Shown here in pieces: positions 7,520 to 16,172 of a stretch of 20,104 bases of DNA. Both the position numbers and the translations under genes were made by a program. Under the pieces are notes generated by a model that worked only from the letters and a program-made list of their open reading frames with translations, was not told where the DNA came from and did no database searches. This stretch comes from Myxococcales bacterium. Its GTDB lineage: Bacteria > Myxococcota_A > UBA9042 > JABWCM01 > BTVJ01. The stretch spans positions 1 to 20,104 of the forward strand of contig BTVJ01000117.1 of NCBI GenBank assembly GCA_045863395.1, written 5' to 3'. Each line of letters begins with the position of its first letter. Positions within the stretch are counted from its first letter, which is position 1.

Positions 7520-9181
7520 ATGCCGACCGACCTGGAGATCGCCCGCTCCGTCACGCCCCGCCCCATCGCCGACGTCGCCGCCGACCTGGGGATTGATCGG
7601 GGGCGGCTCATCCCCTATGGACGCGACAAGGCCAAGATCGAGGCGCTGGGGTCGGCGGAGCCCCGGGGGCGGCTGGTCCTGGTGTCCGCCATCACGCCGA
7701 CACCGGCCGGCGAGGGCAAGACCACCGTGTCCATCGGGCTCGGGCAGGCGCTCGGCCGCCTCGGCAAGAAGGGCTGCGTCGTGCTGCGGGAGCCGTCGGT
7801 CGGCCCGGTCATGGGCATCAAGGGCGGCGGCACGGGCGGGGGCCGCTCGCAGGTCATCCCCATGGACGACATCAACCTGCACTTCACGGGTGACATCCAC
7901 GCGGTCACTGCGGCCAACAACCTGCTCTCGGCGGTGGTGGACAACCACCTGCACCACGGCAACGAGCTGGACCTGGAGGCGCGGTCCATCGTGTGGAAGC
8001 GGGTGATGGACGTCAATGACAGAGCGCTGCGGCAGGTCGTCATCGGCCTGGGCGGCACGACCATGGGCATCCCTCGGGAGGCGGGCTTCGACATCACGGC
8101 CGCCTCCGAGGTCATGGCCATCCTGTGCCTCGCCAATGATCGGGAGGATCTGGTTCGGAGGCTGGGGAGCATCCTCGTCGGGCAGCGGCGTGGCAAGGGC
8201 GGGGGCGTGTTCGCCCGGGACCTGGAGGTCGCGGGCGCCATGGCGGTGCTCTTGAAGGACGCAGTGCACCCCAACCTGGTGCAGACCCTGGAGGGCACGC
8301 CGGCCATCGTGCACGGCGGCCCCTTCGCCAACATCGCGCAGGGCACCAACTCGGTCATCGCGACGCGGACGGCGCTCTCGCTGGCGGACTACGTGGTCAC
8401 GGAGGCGGGCTTCGCGTTTGACCTGGGAGGCGAGAAGTTCCTGGACATCAAGTGCGTGTCGGCGGGGCTCCAGCCGTCGTGCGTCGTGCTGGTCGCCACG
8501 GCGCGGGCCCTCAAGATGCACGGCGGCGTGGGGAAGGAGGCGCTCGGCACCACGGACGTCGAGGCCGTGATGCGCGGCATCCCCAACCTGGAGAAGCACA
8601 TCGACAGCGTGCGGGCCTTCGGCCTCGTGCCGGTGGTCGCCATCAACCGCCACGCCGCGGACGCGGATGAGGAGCTGCGCGCCATCGTGGACTGGTGCGC
8701 TACCCAGGACGTGCGCGCCGCGGTCAGCCGCGGCTGGGAGCTCGGCGGGGCTGGCGTCGAGGAGCTGGCGCGGGTCGTGGTGGAGACCGTCGACCGGGTA
8801 CGCCCCGGCTTCACGCCGCTCTACCGCTGGGAGGAGCCCATCAAGGCGAAGATCGAGACCATCGCGACGCGCATCTACGGAGCGGGCGGCGTCACCTACA
8901 CGGCACAGGCGACCCGCATGCTCTCGCAGATCGAGTCCCTGGGCCTCGCCGGCCTCCCCATCTGCATGGCCAAGACCCAGAACAGCCTCTCGGACGACCC
9001 CCGCAAGGCCGGCCGCCCGCGCGGCTTCGAGCTGACCGTTCGCGAGGTCACCATCGCCGCCGGTGCCGGCTTCATCGTCCCCATCACGGGCGACATGATG
9101 CGCATGCCGGGCCTCCCCAAGGTACCCGCGTCCGCCCGCATGCGCCTGGAGCCCGACGGCACGGTCGTGGGGCTGAGGTAG
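7520..9181 (+). CDS. fhs: Formate--tetrahydrofolate ligase
   Basis: TPTPAGEGKTT, GIKGGGTGGG, INLHFTGDIHA, HGGPFANIAQG, VTEAGF, PICMAKTQNSLSD and MRMPGLPK. ATG 7520 follows a GGAGGAG RBS. Confidence 0.97.
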   Translation: MPTDLEIARSVTPRPIADVAADLGIDRGRLIPYGRDKAKIEALGSAEPRGRLVLVSAITPTPAGEGKTTVSIGLGQALGRLGKKGCVVLREPSVGPVMGIKGGGTGGGRSQVIPMDDINLHFTGDIHAVTAANNLLSAVVDNHLHHGNELDLEARSIVWKRVMDVNDRALRQVVIGLGGTTMGIPREAGFDITAASEVMAILCLANDREDLVRRLGSILVGQRRGKGGGVFARDLEVAGAMAVLLKDAVHPNLVQTLEGTPAIVHGGPFANIAQGTNSVIATRTALSLADYVVTEAGFAFDLGGEKFLDIKCVSAGLQPSCVVLVATARALKMHGGVGKEALGTTDVEAVMRGIPNLEKHIDSVRAFGLVPVVAINRHAADADEELRAIVDWCATQDVRAAVSRGWELGGAGVEELARVVVETVDRVRPGFTPLYRWEEPIKAKIETIATRIYGAGGVTYTAQATRMLSQIESLGLAGLPICMAKTQNSLSDDPRKAGRPRGFELTVREVTIAAGAGFIVPITGDMMRMPGLPKVPASARMRLEPDGTVVGLR

Positions 9182-9299
9182 GGGGGTCAAGTATACTCAA
9201 TTCTCATATCCCGCGACGCCCTGCCCACGCGCGCGGGCAGGGGGGGGTCAAGTATACTCAATTCTCATATCTCGCGACGCCCTGATCACGCGCGCGGGC
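9181..9299 (+). repeat. Two tandem copies (61-bp period) of the left REP-like end
   Basis: GGGGGGTCAAGTATACTCAATTCTCATATCYCGCGACGCCCTG..CACGCGCGCGGGC at 9181-9238 and 9242-9299, with 3 mismatches between copies. Confidence 0.95.
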
Positions 9300-10343
9300 T
9301 ACGCTGCGCATCAGGCCAGCTAGCGAGAAGCCATGCGGGCCCGCCAGGCGTCCTTCCATTCAATCGCCTCGGCGCTCAGCCCGACCTTCGCCGCACGATG
9401 GCAGATGTTGGCCACCTGGCGCGGCGACATGTCGAGGGCCTCGGCCACGTCCCGGTAACGGAGGCGCGGACACTGCGCCAGTGCCCAAGCGGCGAAGCGA
9501 CGGCAGGGATTGGCTCGAGCCCCGCGCACGGTTGAGCGGAGCTCCGCCACGGTGGCCCCCGTGATGTCCGCCACGGTTGCGAGCAGCTCTTCCGTCGAAG
9601 CGTCACCCGCGGACGCCTGGCGCTGGGGCTCCTCGGCCCGCTCCCGGTCACCGCGCAGCCGCCACCCGGTGTCCAGCTCCAGATCCGGGGGCCACTGTGC
9701 CCGCCCGTTCCAGAAGTGGCCGACGAGGTCGTGGAGCTTCTTTCCGCCACCGGCCAGCGAGCGTATGGCAGCCGTAGTCAGAAACGGCGGTGGCGTCTCG
9801 AGGCCGACGAGCGCACGGTGGCTGGTCCAACAGTCCGCGTCGGGGCGCGTCGCCAGGTGAGCCCGCAGCGGGTTGAGGTGGATGTATGCGACCAGCGTGA
9901 TGAGATACGCCTCATCTTCTACGAGCTGGCTCCGGAACCGCCCACGAAACAGGGGCCCGTCCCAGGAGCACACCCGGTTGAGCCGCTGCGTGTAGGTGCC
10001 GTTGAGGTGCCGCATCGCGCGCGAGAGGTTGCCATGCACCGACCGCACCAGGAGGTGGTAGTGGTTGGGCATCAGCGCGTAGGCGTGGACCTCGATCCCG
10101 TGCTGCCGGACCGTGTCCTCGAGGGTCTCGAGGAGCAGCGTACAGTGGGAGCCTTCCGTGAAGATGGGCGCACGCCGCGCGCCCCTGTGCATCACATGGT
10201 GCCATGCTCCCGGATAGTCGATGCGTGGTTGTCGTGCCATGTCGCGGGAGCATGCAGCAGACCGCGCCAATTGAAAAGTGAGAATTGAGTAGGCTTGACC
10301 CCCTCAGCTTGAAAAAAGTGAGAATTGAGTAGGCTTGACCCCC
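9183..10343. mobile_element. RAYT-REP locus: transposase gene bracketed by 2+2 inverted REP-like repeats, between convergent fhs and parC
   Basis: Left copies GGGGTCAAGTATACTCAATTCTCA and right copies (reverse complement) GGGGTCAAGCCTACTCAATTCTCA enclose an HUH-Y1 transposase gene. Confidence 0.85.
9320..10240 (-). CDS. REP-associated tyrosine transposase (RAYT, IS200/IS605-superfamily HUH Y1) with C-terminal DnaA-domain-IV/TrpR-like HTH
   Basis: MARQPR...WHHVMHRG, LMPNHYHLL (HUH), GPLFRGRFRS, YIHLNP (catalytic Tyr), WTSH. C-terminal LLATVADITGATVAELRS...RYRDVAEALDMS. ATG 10240 is preferred, giving 306 aa. Confidence 0.92.
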   Translation of the reverse strand: MARQPRIDYPGAWHHVMHRGARRAPIFTEGSHCTLLLETLEDTVRQHGIEVHAYALMPNHYHLLVRSVHGNLSRAMRHLNGTYTQRLNRVCSWDGPLFRGRFRSQLVEDEAYLITLVAYIHLNPLRAHLATRPDADCWTSHRALVGLETPPPFLTTAAIRSLAGGGKKLHDLVGHFWNGRAQWPPDLELDTGWRLRGDRERAEEPQRQASAGDASTEELLATVADITGATVAELRSTVRGARANPCRRFAAWALAQCPRLRYRDVAEALDMSPRQVANICHRAAKVGLSAEAIEWKDAWRARMASR

Positions 10344-10345
10344 TC
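10274..10345 (-). repeat. Two tandem copies (40-bp period) of the right REP-like end
   Basis: AAAAGTGAGAATTGAGTAGGCTTGACCCCCTC is identical at 10274-10305 and 10314-10345, and inverted relative to the 9181/9242 copies. Confidence 0.95.
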
Positions 10346-12853
10346 CTCCGGGGGGCGTTCCCGATGCTCCGCTCCCCCGTTGGAGCCACCGGAGGTGCTC
10401 GGGCCCGCCTCGGTCACGGGCTCCAGCTCGGGGAGGACCGCGACGAGCCGCTGCTTCACCTCCAGCAGCGTGAAGGCGTTGCCGTCGCGAGTGGTCGTGC
10501 GCAGGAGGGCCAGGTCGAGGGGGTGGCGCGAGCCGTCCGCAAGGACGGCCACCGCGGGCGGCGGCTCCACGCCGAGGCACAGCACCTCCACGATTCGGTG
10601 CGGGTTCTTGAGGAGCCGCTTGAGGCTGCGGATGCCCTTCCCCGCCCGGAGCTGCGGGTTGTACTCGGCCAGGGGGGTGGCCTTCGCCTTGCCCTCCGTC
10701 GTGATGACTGCCACGCGACGGCTCGCTTCTCCTTCAGGCGACACGACGAGCAGGGCCGTCGCTACCCTGTCACCCCGGTCGAGGCCGATGCCCCGGACAC
10801 CCTGCGCGGCCCGCCCCTGCACGGCGATGTCGTCGGCAGCGAAGCGGATGGCCTGCCCCAGGGTCGTCACGATGAGCAGATGCTCGGCCCCGCCCGTGCG
10901 AAGCACCCTCGCCACGCCGTCGCCCGTGCGGAGCCCCATGGCGATGATGCCGCTCGACCGGGCCGCGTCCAGGTCGCCGAGCGCCACGCGCTTCACCATG
11001 CCCTGCTCGGTGACGAAGACGAGCGACTCCTCGCCGCCGAAGTCGTCGACGGCGTGCATCGCGACCACCGCGTCGTCTTTGCCGAAGGGCACCACGTTGA
11101 CCAGCGCCGTGCCCGCGTCGCCCCACTTGTGGTCGGGGAGCTGGTGCACGGGGATGGTGAAGCAGGTCCCTCCGCGGGTGAGCACGAGCACCTTGTGGGT
11201 CGTGTTGGTGCGGGCCGCCCACCGCGTGTAGTCCCCCTCGCGAGCCCCCGCGTCGCGAAGGGTCTCACCGCTCGCCCGGAAGGACGCCATGGACGACCGG
11301 CGGATGTAGCCGCCCGCGGTGACGCCGACCACGACCTCTACGGGCTTGACCACCGCCTCCAGCGTGACCTCCAGGGTCCGAACCTGGGCGTGGATCTCGG
11401 TGCGCCGGTCATTCCCAAATGTCGCGGCGACGGCGCGGAGCTCCCTCTCAACCACCGCCCGCAGCTTCCGCTCGTCCGCCAGGATGGCCTCCAGGCGCGC
11501 TATCTCTTTGGAAAGCGCGGCCTCCTCCTCCCGGAGCTGGAGGATCTGGAGCCCGGTGAGCCGGTGCAGACGCAGGTCCAGGATGGCGTCGGCCTGGGCC
11601 TCGCTGAAGCCGAAGCCCTCGACGAGGTTGTCCCGGGCGTCGGCGCGGTTGTCCGAGCCGCGGATGGTCGCGATGATCTCGTCGAGGATGTCCACGGCCC
11701 GGATCAGGCCCTCGACGATGTGGATTCGCTCGCGCGCCTTGGCCAGATCATGCTCGCTGCGGCGTCGGACGACGAGCACCCGGTGGTCCAGGTAGGCGAG
11801 CAGCAGGTCGCGGAGGCCCATCTGCCGAGGCGTTGCCTCGTGGATGGCCACCATGTTGAAGTTGTAGTTGATCTTGAGCTCGGTCTTCTTGAGGAAGACG
11901 GCGAGTACACCCTCGGGATCCACCGCCTTGGAGAGCTCGATGACGATGCGCATGCCCTCGCGGTCCGACTCGTCGCGCACGTCGAGCACGCCCTGGACCG
12001 TCTTGTCCGTGCGCAGGGCGTCCATGTCCGCGACCAGCCTGGACTTGACCACCCCATAGGGGATCTCGGTGATCACGACGAGCTGCTTGCCGTCCCGCTG
12101 CTTCTCGACGACCCAGCGGGACTCGAGCACCACCTTGCCGCGGCCGGTCTCGTAGGCCTCGCGGAGGCCCTCGGCGCCCATGAGCACGCCACCGGTCGGG
12201 AAGTCCGGGCCCTTGACGTGCTGCATCAGGTCGCTCACCCCGAGGGACGGATCCCGCAGCAGGGCGACCGCGGCGTCCGTGACCTCCCGCAGGTTGTGGG
12301 GCGGGATGTCCGTCGCGAAGCCCGTCGAGACCCCCGCCGCCCCGTTGACCAGGAGGTTCGGGAAGCCGCACGGCAGGACGACCGGCTCCAGCTCCTTCTC
12401 ATCGAAGTTGGGGCGCCACTCGACGGTGTCTTTCTCCAGATCCCGGACCAGCTCCATGGCCACGCCCGCCAGGCGCGCCTCCGTGTACCGCATGGCGGCG
12501 GCCGGATCGTCGTCGATGGAGCCGAAGTTGCCGTGGCCGTCCACCAGCGGGTGCCGCATCTTCCACGGTTGGGCCAGGCGCACCAGGGCCTCGTAGATGC
12601 TCTGGTCCCCGTGCGGGTGGTAGTTGCCCATCACGTCGCCGACGGTCTTGGCGCACTTGCGGTAGGGTTTGTCCGGCGTGTTGCCCGCGTCCGCCATGGC
12701 GTAGACGATGCGTCGCTGGACCGGCTTCAGCCCGTCGCGGGCGTCCGGGATCGCCCGGTCCAGGATGATGGTCTGGGCGTAGCGGCCGTAGCTCTCGCCC
12801 AGCTCCGTCTCCAGGCGGACGTCGCGCACCCGCGGGCCCCGCTCCTCGGTCAT
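10304..12853 (-). CDS. parC: DNA topoisomerase IV subunit A
   Basis: [32 protein letters not shown] (catalytic Tyr) and a beta-pinwheel CTD. There is no canonical GyrA box in the first blade ([13 protein letters not shown]). The N-terminus ([14 protein letters not shown]) is ParC-like. Confidence 0.85.
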   Translation of the reverse strand: MTEERGPRVRDVRLETELGESYGRYAQTIILDRAIPDARDGLKPVQRRIVYAMADAGNTPDKPYRKCAKTVGDVMGNYHPHGDQSIYEALVRLAQPWKMRHPLVDGHGNFGSIDDDPAAAMRYTEARLAGVAMELVRDLEKDTVEWRPNFDEKELEPVVLPCGFPNLLVNGAAGVSTGFATDIPPHNLREVTDAAVALLRDPSLGVSDLMQHVKGPDFPTGGVLMGAEGLREAYETGRGKVVLESRWVVEKQRDGKQLVVITEIPYGVVKSRLVADMDALRTDKTVQGVLDVRDESDREGMRIVIELSKAVDPEGVLAVFLKKTELKINYNFNMVAIHEATPRQMGLRDLLLAYLDHRVLVVRRRSEHDLAKARERIHIVEGLIRAVDILDEIIATIRGSDNRADARDNLVEGFGFSEAQADAILDLRLHRLTGLQILQLREEEAALSKEIARLEAILADERKLRAVVERELRAVAATFGNDRRTEIHAQVRTLEVTLEAVVKPVEVVVGVTAGGYIRRSSMASFRASGETLRDAGAREGDYTRWAARTNTTHKVLVLTRGGTCFTIPVHQLPDHKWGDAGTALVNVVPFGKDDAVVAMHAVDDFGGEESLVFVTEQGMVKRVALGDLDAARSSGIIAMGLRTGDGVARVLRTGGAEHLLIVTTLGQAIRFAADDIAVQGRAAQGVRGIGLDRGDRVATALLVVSPEGEASRRVAVITTEGKAKATPLAEYNPQLRAGKGIRSLKRLLKNPHRIVEVLCLGVEPPPAVAVLADGSRHPLDLALLRTTTRDGNAFTLLEVKQRLVAVLPELEPVTEAGPSTSGGSNGGAEHRERPPEEGVKPTQFSLFSS

Positions 12854-14847
12854 TGCGCAGCCTCCTCGACCACTCCGGGAGTCGTGTCACGGTCCAGCTC
12901 GAAGTCCTCGTCGAAGCCCGGCTCGTCGACCGCCTCGGGCGCCTCGTCGCGGTCCACCCCAAACCGGACGTTGCGCGCCAGCCACTTGCGCCGGAGGTCC
13001 GCGTCCTCGCCCATCAGCACGCGGAGCTGGTGCTCCGACGCGGCGCCGTCCTCGATGCTGACCTGGAGCAGGGTGCGGGTCTCCGGGTTCATGGTCGTCT
13101 CCCAGAGCTGCTCTGCGTTCATCTCGCCGAGGCCCTTGTAGCGTTGCACCGTACAGCCGGTCCCGCCCACCTCGATGGCGGCCTGCATCTCTTCCTTGGA
13201 CCAGCAGTAGGTCGAGGTCTCTGCCCGCCCACGCCGCTTGGGCGCGTCGACCTTGAACAGCGGCGGCTGGGCGATGAAGATGCGCCCCGCGGCGAGCATC
13301 GGCTTCATGTAGCGGTAGAAGAAGGTGAGCAGCAGGCACCGGATGTGCGCGCCGTCGTCGTCGGCGTCGGCGAGGACGATGACGCGCCCGTAGTTGGACT
13401 CCTTGATGTCGAAGTCCTTGCCGACGCCCGCCCCGACTGACTGGATGATGCTCAGGATCTCTTTGTTCTTCAGGATCTTGTCGAGGGCCGCCCGCTCGGT
13501 GTTCAGGGGCTTGCCGCGCAGTGGCAGGATGGCCTGGATGCGCCGATCCCTGCCCTGCTTGGCCGAGCCTCCGGCCGAGTCCCCCTCGACGATGAACAGC
13601 TCGCACTCCTCGGGCTTGCGGCTCGCGCAGCGCGTGAGCTTGCCGCCGAGCGAGGTGTGTGACGTCGCCGTCTTGCCCGTGCGCGTGAGGTCCCGCGCCT
13701 TGCGCGCCGCGTCCCGGGCGTTGCGCGCGAGCCCCGCCTTGTCGATGAGCTTGCGGGCGACGTCCGGGTTCTCTTCGAGGAAGCGGTCCAGGTGCTTGGC
13801 GACCACCGCGTCGACCGCCGCCCGCGCCTCGGGGTTGCCGAGCTTCGTCTTGGTCTGCCCCTCGAACTGGGTCTCGGTCATGCGCAGCGACAGGACCGCG
13901 GTCATGCCCTCGCGCAGGTCCTCGCCCGCCAGGTTCTCCTTCTTCTTCCACAGGCCCATGCGGCGCGCGTACTCGTTGGTCACCCGCGTGTGCGCCGTGC
14001 GAAAGCCCGTCTCGTGGTGGCCGCCCTCGGTCGTGCAGATGCAGTTGACGAAGCTGACCAGGCTCTCCGCGTAGCCGTCGTTGTACTGGAGGGCGACGCT
14101 CACCTCGATGCCGTCCGCGGTGTCCGTGAACACGACGGGATCGTGCACCGGCTGGGAGCCCTCGTTCAGGTACTCCACGAAGGCGCCCGCCCCGCCGGGG
14201 TACACGAAGACCTCCTCCCGGCGCTCGGCGCGGCGGTCCGTCAGCTTGATCTGGAGGCCCGGGTTGAGGAAGGCCATCTCCCGAAAGCGGTCGGCCAGCG
14301 TGCGGAAGTTGAGCTCCGTCGTCTCGAAGATGGACGCGTCCGGCTGGAACCGCACCGTGGTGCCCGTGCGGCGCGCCGTCCCCCGCTCCTCCATGGGGAC
14401 GGCGATGTGGCCGCCGCGCTCGAAGCGCCCATAGACCAGCTTGCCGTCGCGGGCGATCTCGTACTCGAAGGCGCTGGACAGCGCGTTCACCACCGAGGCG
14501 CCGACCCCGTGGAGGCCCCCCGAGACCTTGTACGACTCGTTGTCGAACTTGCCGCCCGCGTGGAGCTTCGTGAAGATCAGCTCCGGCACCGGGATGCCCG
14601 CCGTCGGGTGGAGCCCGATGGGGATGCCGCGCCCGTCATCCCGCACCAGCACCCACCCGCCCTGCTCGAGCACGACGTCGATGCGGGTGCAGTGCCCCGC
14701 GAGCGCCTCGTCGACCGCGTTGTCCACCACCTCGTAGACCAGGTGGTGGAGGCCCCGCGGCCCGGTGGAGCCGATGTACATGCCGGGCCGCTTGCGCACG
14801 GCCTCCAGCCCTTCGAGCACCTTGATGTCGCGCTCGGTGTAGCTCAC
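12850..14847 (-). CDS. parE: DNA topoisomerase IV subunit B
   Basis: [17 protein letters not shown] ATPase motifs ([24 protein letters not shown]), [21 protein letters not shown] and [11 protein letters not shown] start with GGAGG RBS. ATGA overlap with parC. Confidence 0.85.
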   Translation of the reverse strand: MSYTERDIKVLEGLEAVRKRPGMYIGSTGPRGLHHLVYEVVDNAVDEALAGHCTRIDVVLEQGGWVLVRDDGRGIPIGLHPTAGIPVPELIFTKLHAGGKFDNESYKVSGGLHGVGASVVNALSSAFEYEIARDGKLVYGRFERGGHIAVPMEERGTARRTGTTVRFQPDASIFETTELNFRTLADRFREMAFLNPGLQIKLTDRRAERREEVFVYPGGAGAFVEYLNEGSQPVHDPVVFTDTADGIEVSVALQYNDGYAESLVSFVNCICTTEGGHHETGFRTAHTRVTNEYARRMGLWKKKENLAGEDLREGMTAVLSLRMTETQFEGQTKTKLGNPEARAAVDAVVAKHLDRFLEENPDVARKLIDKAGLARNARDAARKARDLTRTGKTATSHTSLGGKLTRCASRKPEECELFIVEGDSAGGSAKQGRDRRIQAILPLRGKPLNTERAALDKILKNKEILSIIQSVGAGVGKDFDIKESNYGRVIVLADADDDGAHIRCLLLTFFYRYMKPMLAAGRIFIAQPPLFKVDAPKRRGRAETSTYCWSKEEMQAAIEVGGTGCTVQRYKGLGEMNAEQLWETTMNPETRTLLQVSIEDGAASEHQLRVLMGEDADLRRKWLARNVRFGVDRDEAPEAVDEPGFDEDFELDRDTTPGVVEEAAQ

Positions 14848-14878
14848 GCTGCCTCCATTCTGGACATACGTTCAGCGC

Positions 14879-14907
14879 ACCATAGGGCATCACGCGCCGG
14901 CTGGCAA
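14879..14907 (-). promoter_or_regulatory. Sigma70-type promoter for parE-parC
   Basis: TTGCCA (14907-14902), 17 nt, TATGGT (14884-14879). Confidence 0.55.
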
Positions 14908-14914
14908 GCGGATC

Positions 14915-15514
14915 TCAGGGTGTCGCGGTGCGGGTGATGGCGAAGGCGCCATCGCTCAGCTTGATCGTGATCGCCGCGCCGTTCGGATCGAGCGCCGCGA
15001 TGGCCGCACTGAACGTGCCCTCGCAGGGGTCGAGGGAGCTGATCGTGACCTTGGAGCCGTCCAGGATGTGGCTCAGGTTGATGGTCGCACCGCTCTTGTC
15101 CTCGAAGCCGAACGTCAGCGCCGCCTTGCCCAGGGTGACGTTCGAGCCCTTGTCCGGCTGGGAGACGATGTCGAAGGACTGGGGCCCCGTGGAGAGGTCC
15201 ACCGTCTCGAAGATGCCGATGCGCATGGCCAGGGACTCGGCCCCCACGGCGCTCAGGGCAGTGCCGGTCACGTGGAGCTGCCCTGACGCCAGGAAGCGGC
15301 ACTCCTGGGCGACGTTTGCGCTGAACGTGCCCGGCTCGCCGCGCCACGGGGCGACGATGGTGGCCGTGAGCTCTGCGACCTTCGACGGCTCGCCGGGGCC
15401 CGTGTCACCGTCCCCCTGCGCTGCATCCTGGGCCGCGTCCCCGTCGCCGGGACCGTCCGCGGCGCACGCGCCCAGCACCGCCCAAAGCACCCACGTCGCT
15501 CGACTCGCTCGCAT
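14915..15514 (-). CDS. Hypothetical lipoprotein (199 aa)
   Basis: ATG 15514 with GGAGGAG RBS. MRASRATWVLWAVLGAC lipobox, an Asp/Gly linker, then a beta-rich domain. Confidence 0.75.
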   Translation of the reverse strand: MRASRATWVLWAVLGACAADGPGDGDAAQDAAQGDGDTGPGEPSKVAELTATIVAPWRGEPGTFSANVAQECRFLASGQLHVTGTALSAVGAESLAMRIGIFETVDLSTGPQSFDIVSQPDKGSNVTLGKAALTFGFEDKSGATINLSHILDGSKVTISSLDPCEGTFSAAIAALDPNGAAITIKLSDGAFAITRTATP

Positions 15515-15542
15515 GGCTCCTCCGCGCCCCCGTCCGGCGCGC

Positions 15543-15571
15543 ATCCTAGCGCCCACACCGAGGGCGCTCAA
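15543..15571 (-). promoter_or_regulatory. Sigma70-type promoter for the 199-aa lipoprotein
   Basis: TTGAGC (15571-15566), 17 nt, TAGGAT (15548-15543). Confidence 0.5.
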
Positions 15572-15748
15572 GGAATCGCTCGCGACCCAGTGGGTCAGCC
15601 GGGACCTGGCCCCACACCGGCCCTGCGTCTCAAGAGCAGATCCGTTGAGGTCACTCGCGACCCGCCGCGAGAAAACCTTCAACTGTTCCAGCCGCTTGGA
15701 CGATGAACTTGTGCAGCACGGCACGACCCACAGAAGGAGGACCGACCC

Positions 15749-16096
15749 ATGAAGACCATGCGCACCGCCATCGCCACCCTGTCCCTGCTCGCGCTGACGG
15801 GCACGGCCCTCGCGGCGGCCCCGTCCGAGAGCCTCGCCGACCGGTACAACGCCCAGCGCGACGCCATCGAGGCGGCCGTGGACGCGGGCGCGCTCAGCGC
15901 AAGGGAGGCGCAGAGCCTGTACCGCGAGCAGCGCATGTTCCGCATGCAGTACAGCCAGTTCGGGAGCGACGGCATCAGCGCCGACGAGGGCATGGTCCTG
16001 GAGGGCCAGCTCAACGCGATCCAGCAGATGATCGATGCCCACGGCGAGGCCGCGACGGTCAGGTCGATGCTGGGGCCATCGCCGCAACAGCCCTGA
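15749..16096 (+). CDS. Small secreted helical protein of unknown function
   Basis: 115 aa with AAGGAGG RBS and a signal peptide ending TALA. The pattern QRDAIEAAVDAGALSAREAQSLYREQ...SDG recalls a widespread small secreted protein type. Confidence 0.8.
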   Translation: MKTMRTAIATLSLLALTGTALAAAPSESLADRYNAQRDAIEAAVDAGALSAREAQSLYREQRMFRMQYSQFGSDGISADEGMVLEGQLNAIQQMIDAHGEAATVRSMLGPSPQQP

Positions 16097-16102
16097 GGAC
16101 GC

Positions 16103-16131
16103 TTGCCGCACCCCGGATCGCCGGCTATCAT
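16103..16131 (+). promoter_or_regulatory. Sigma70-type promoter for the large Ig/vWA lipoprotein
   Basis: TTGCCG (16103-16108), 17 nt, TATCAT (16126-16131). Supports a start codon downstream of 16131. Confidence 0.5.
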
Positions 16132-16172
16132 GCGTGCGTTGCGCCCAACGCCCCATGGTGGAGCCCCTCGTC

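Noticed and set aside
9181..9299. Mini CRISPR array
   Set aside because: The intervening sequences are near-identical rather than unique spacers, there are no cas genes, and inverted copies flank a RAYT.
10304..14847. gyrA/gyrB assignment
   Set aside because: No canonical GyrA box in the first CTD blade, and the signatures are ParC/ParE-like. Not fully excluded without a tree.
15679..15705. Possible ECF-sigma promoter (AAC-17 nt-CGA) upstream of the 115-aa secreted protein
   Set aside because: The motif is too short to distinguish from chance.
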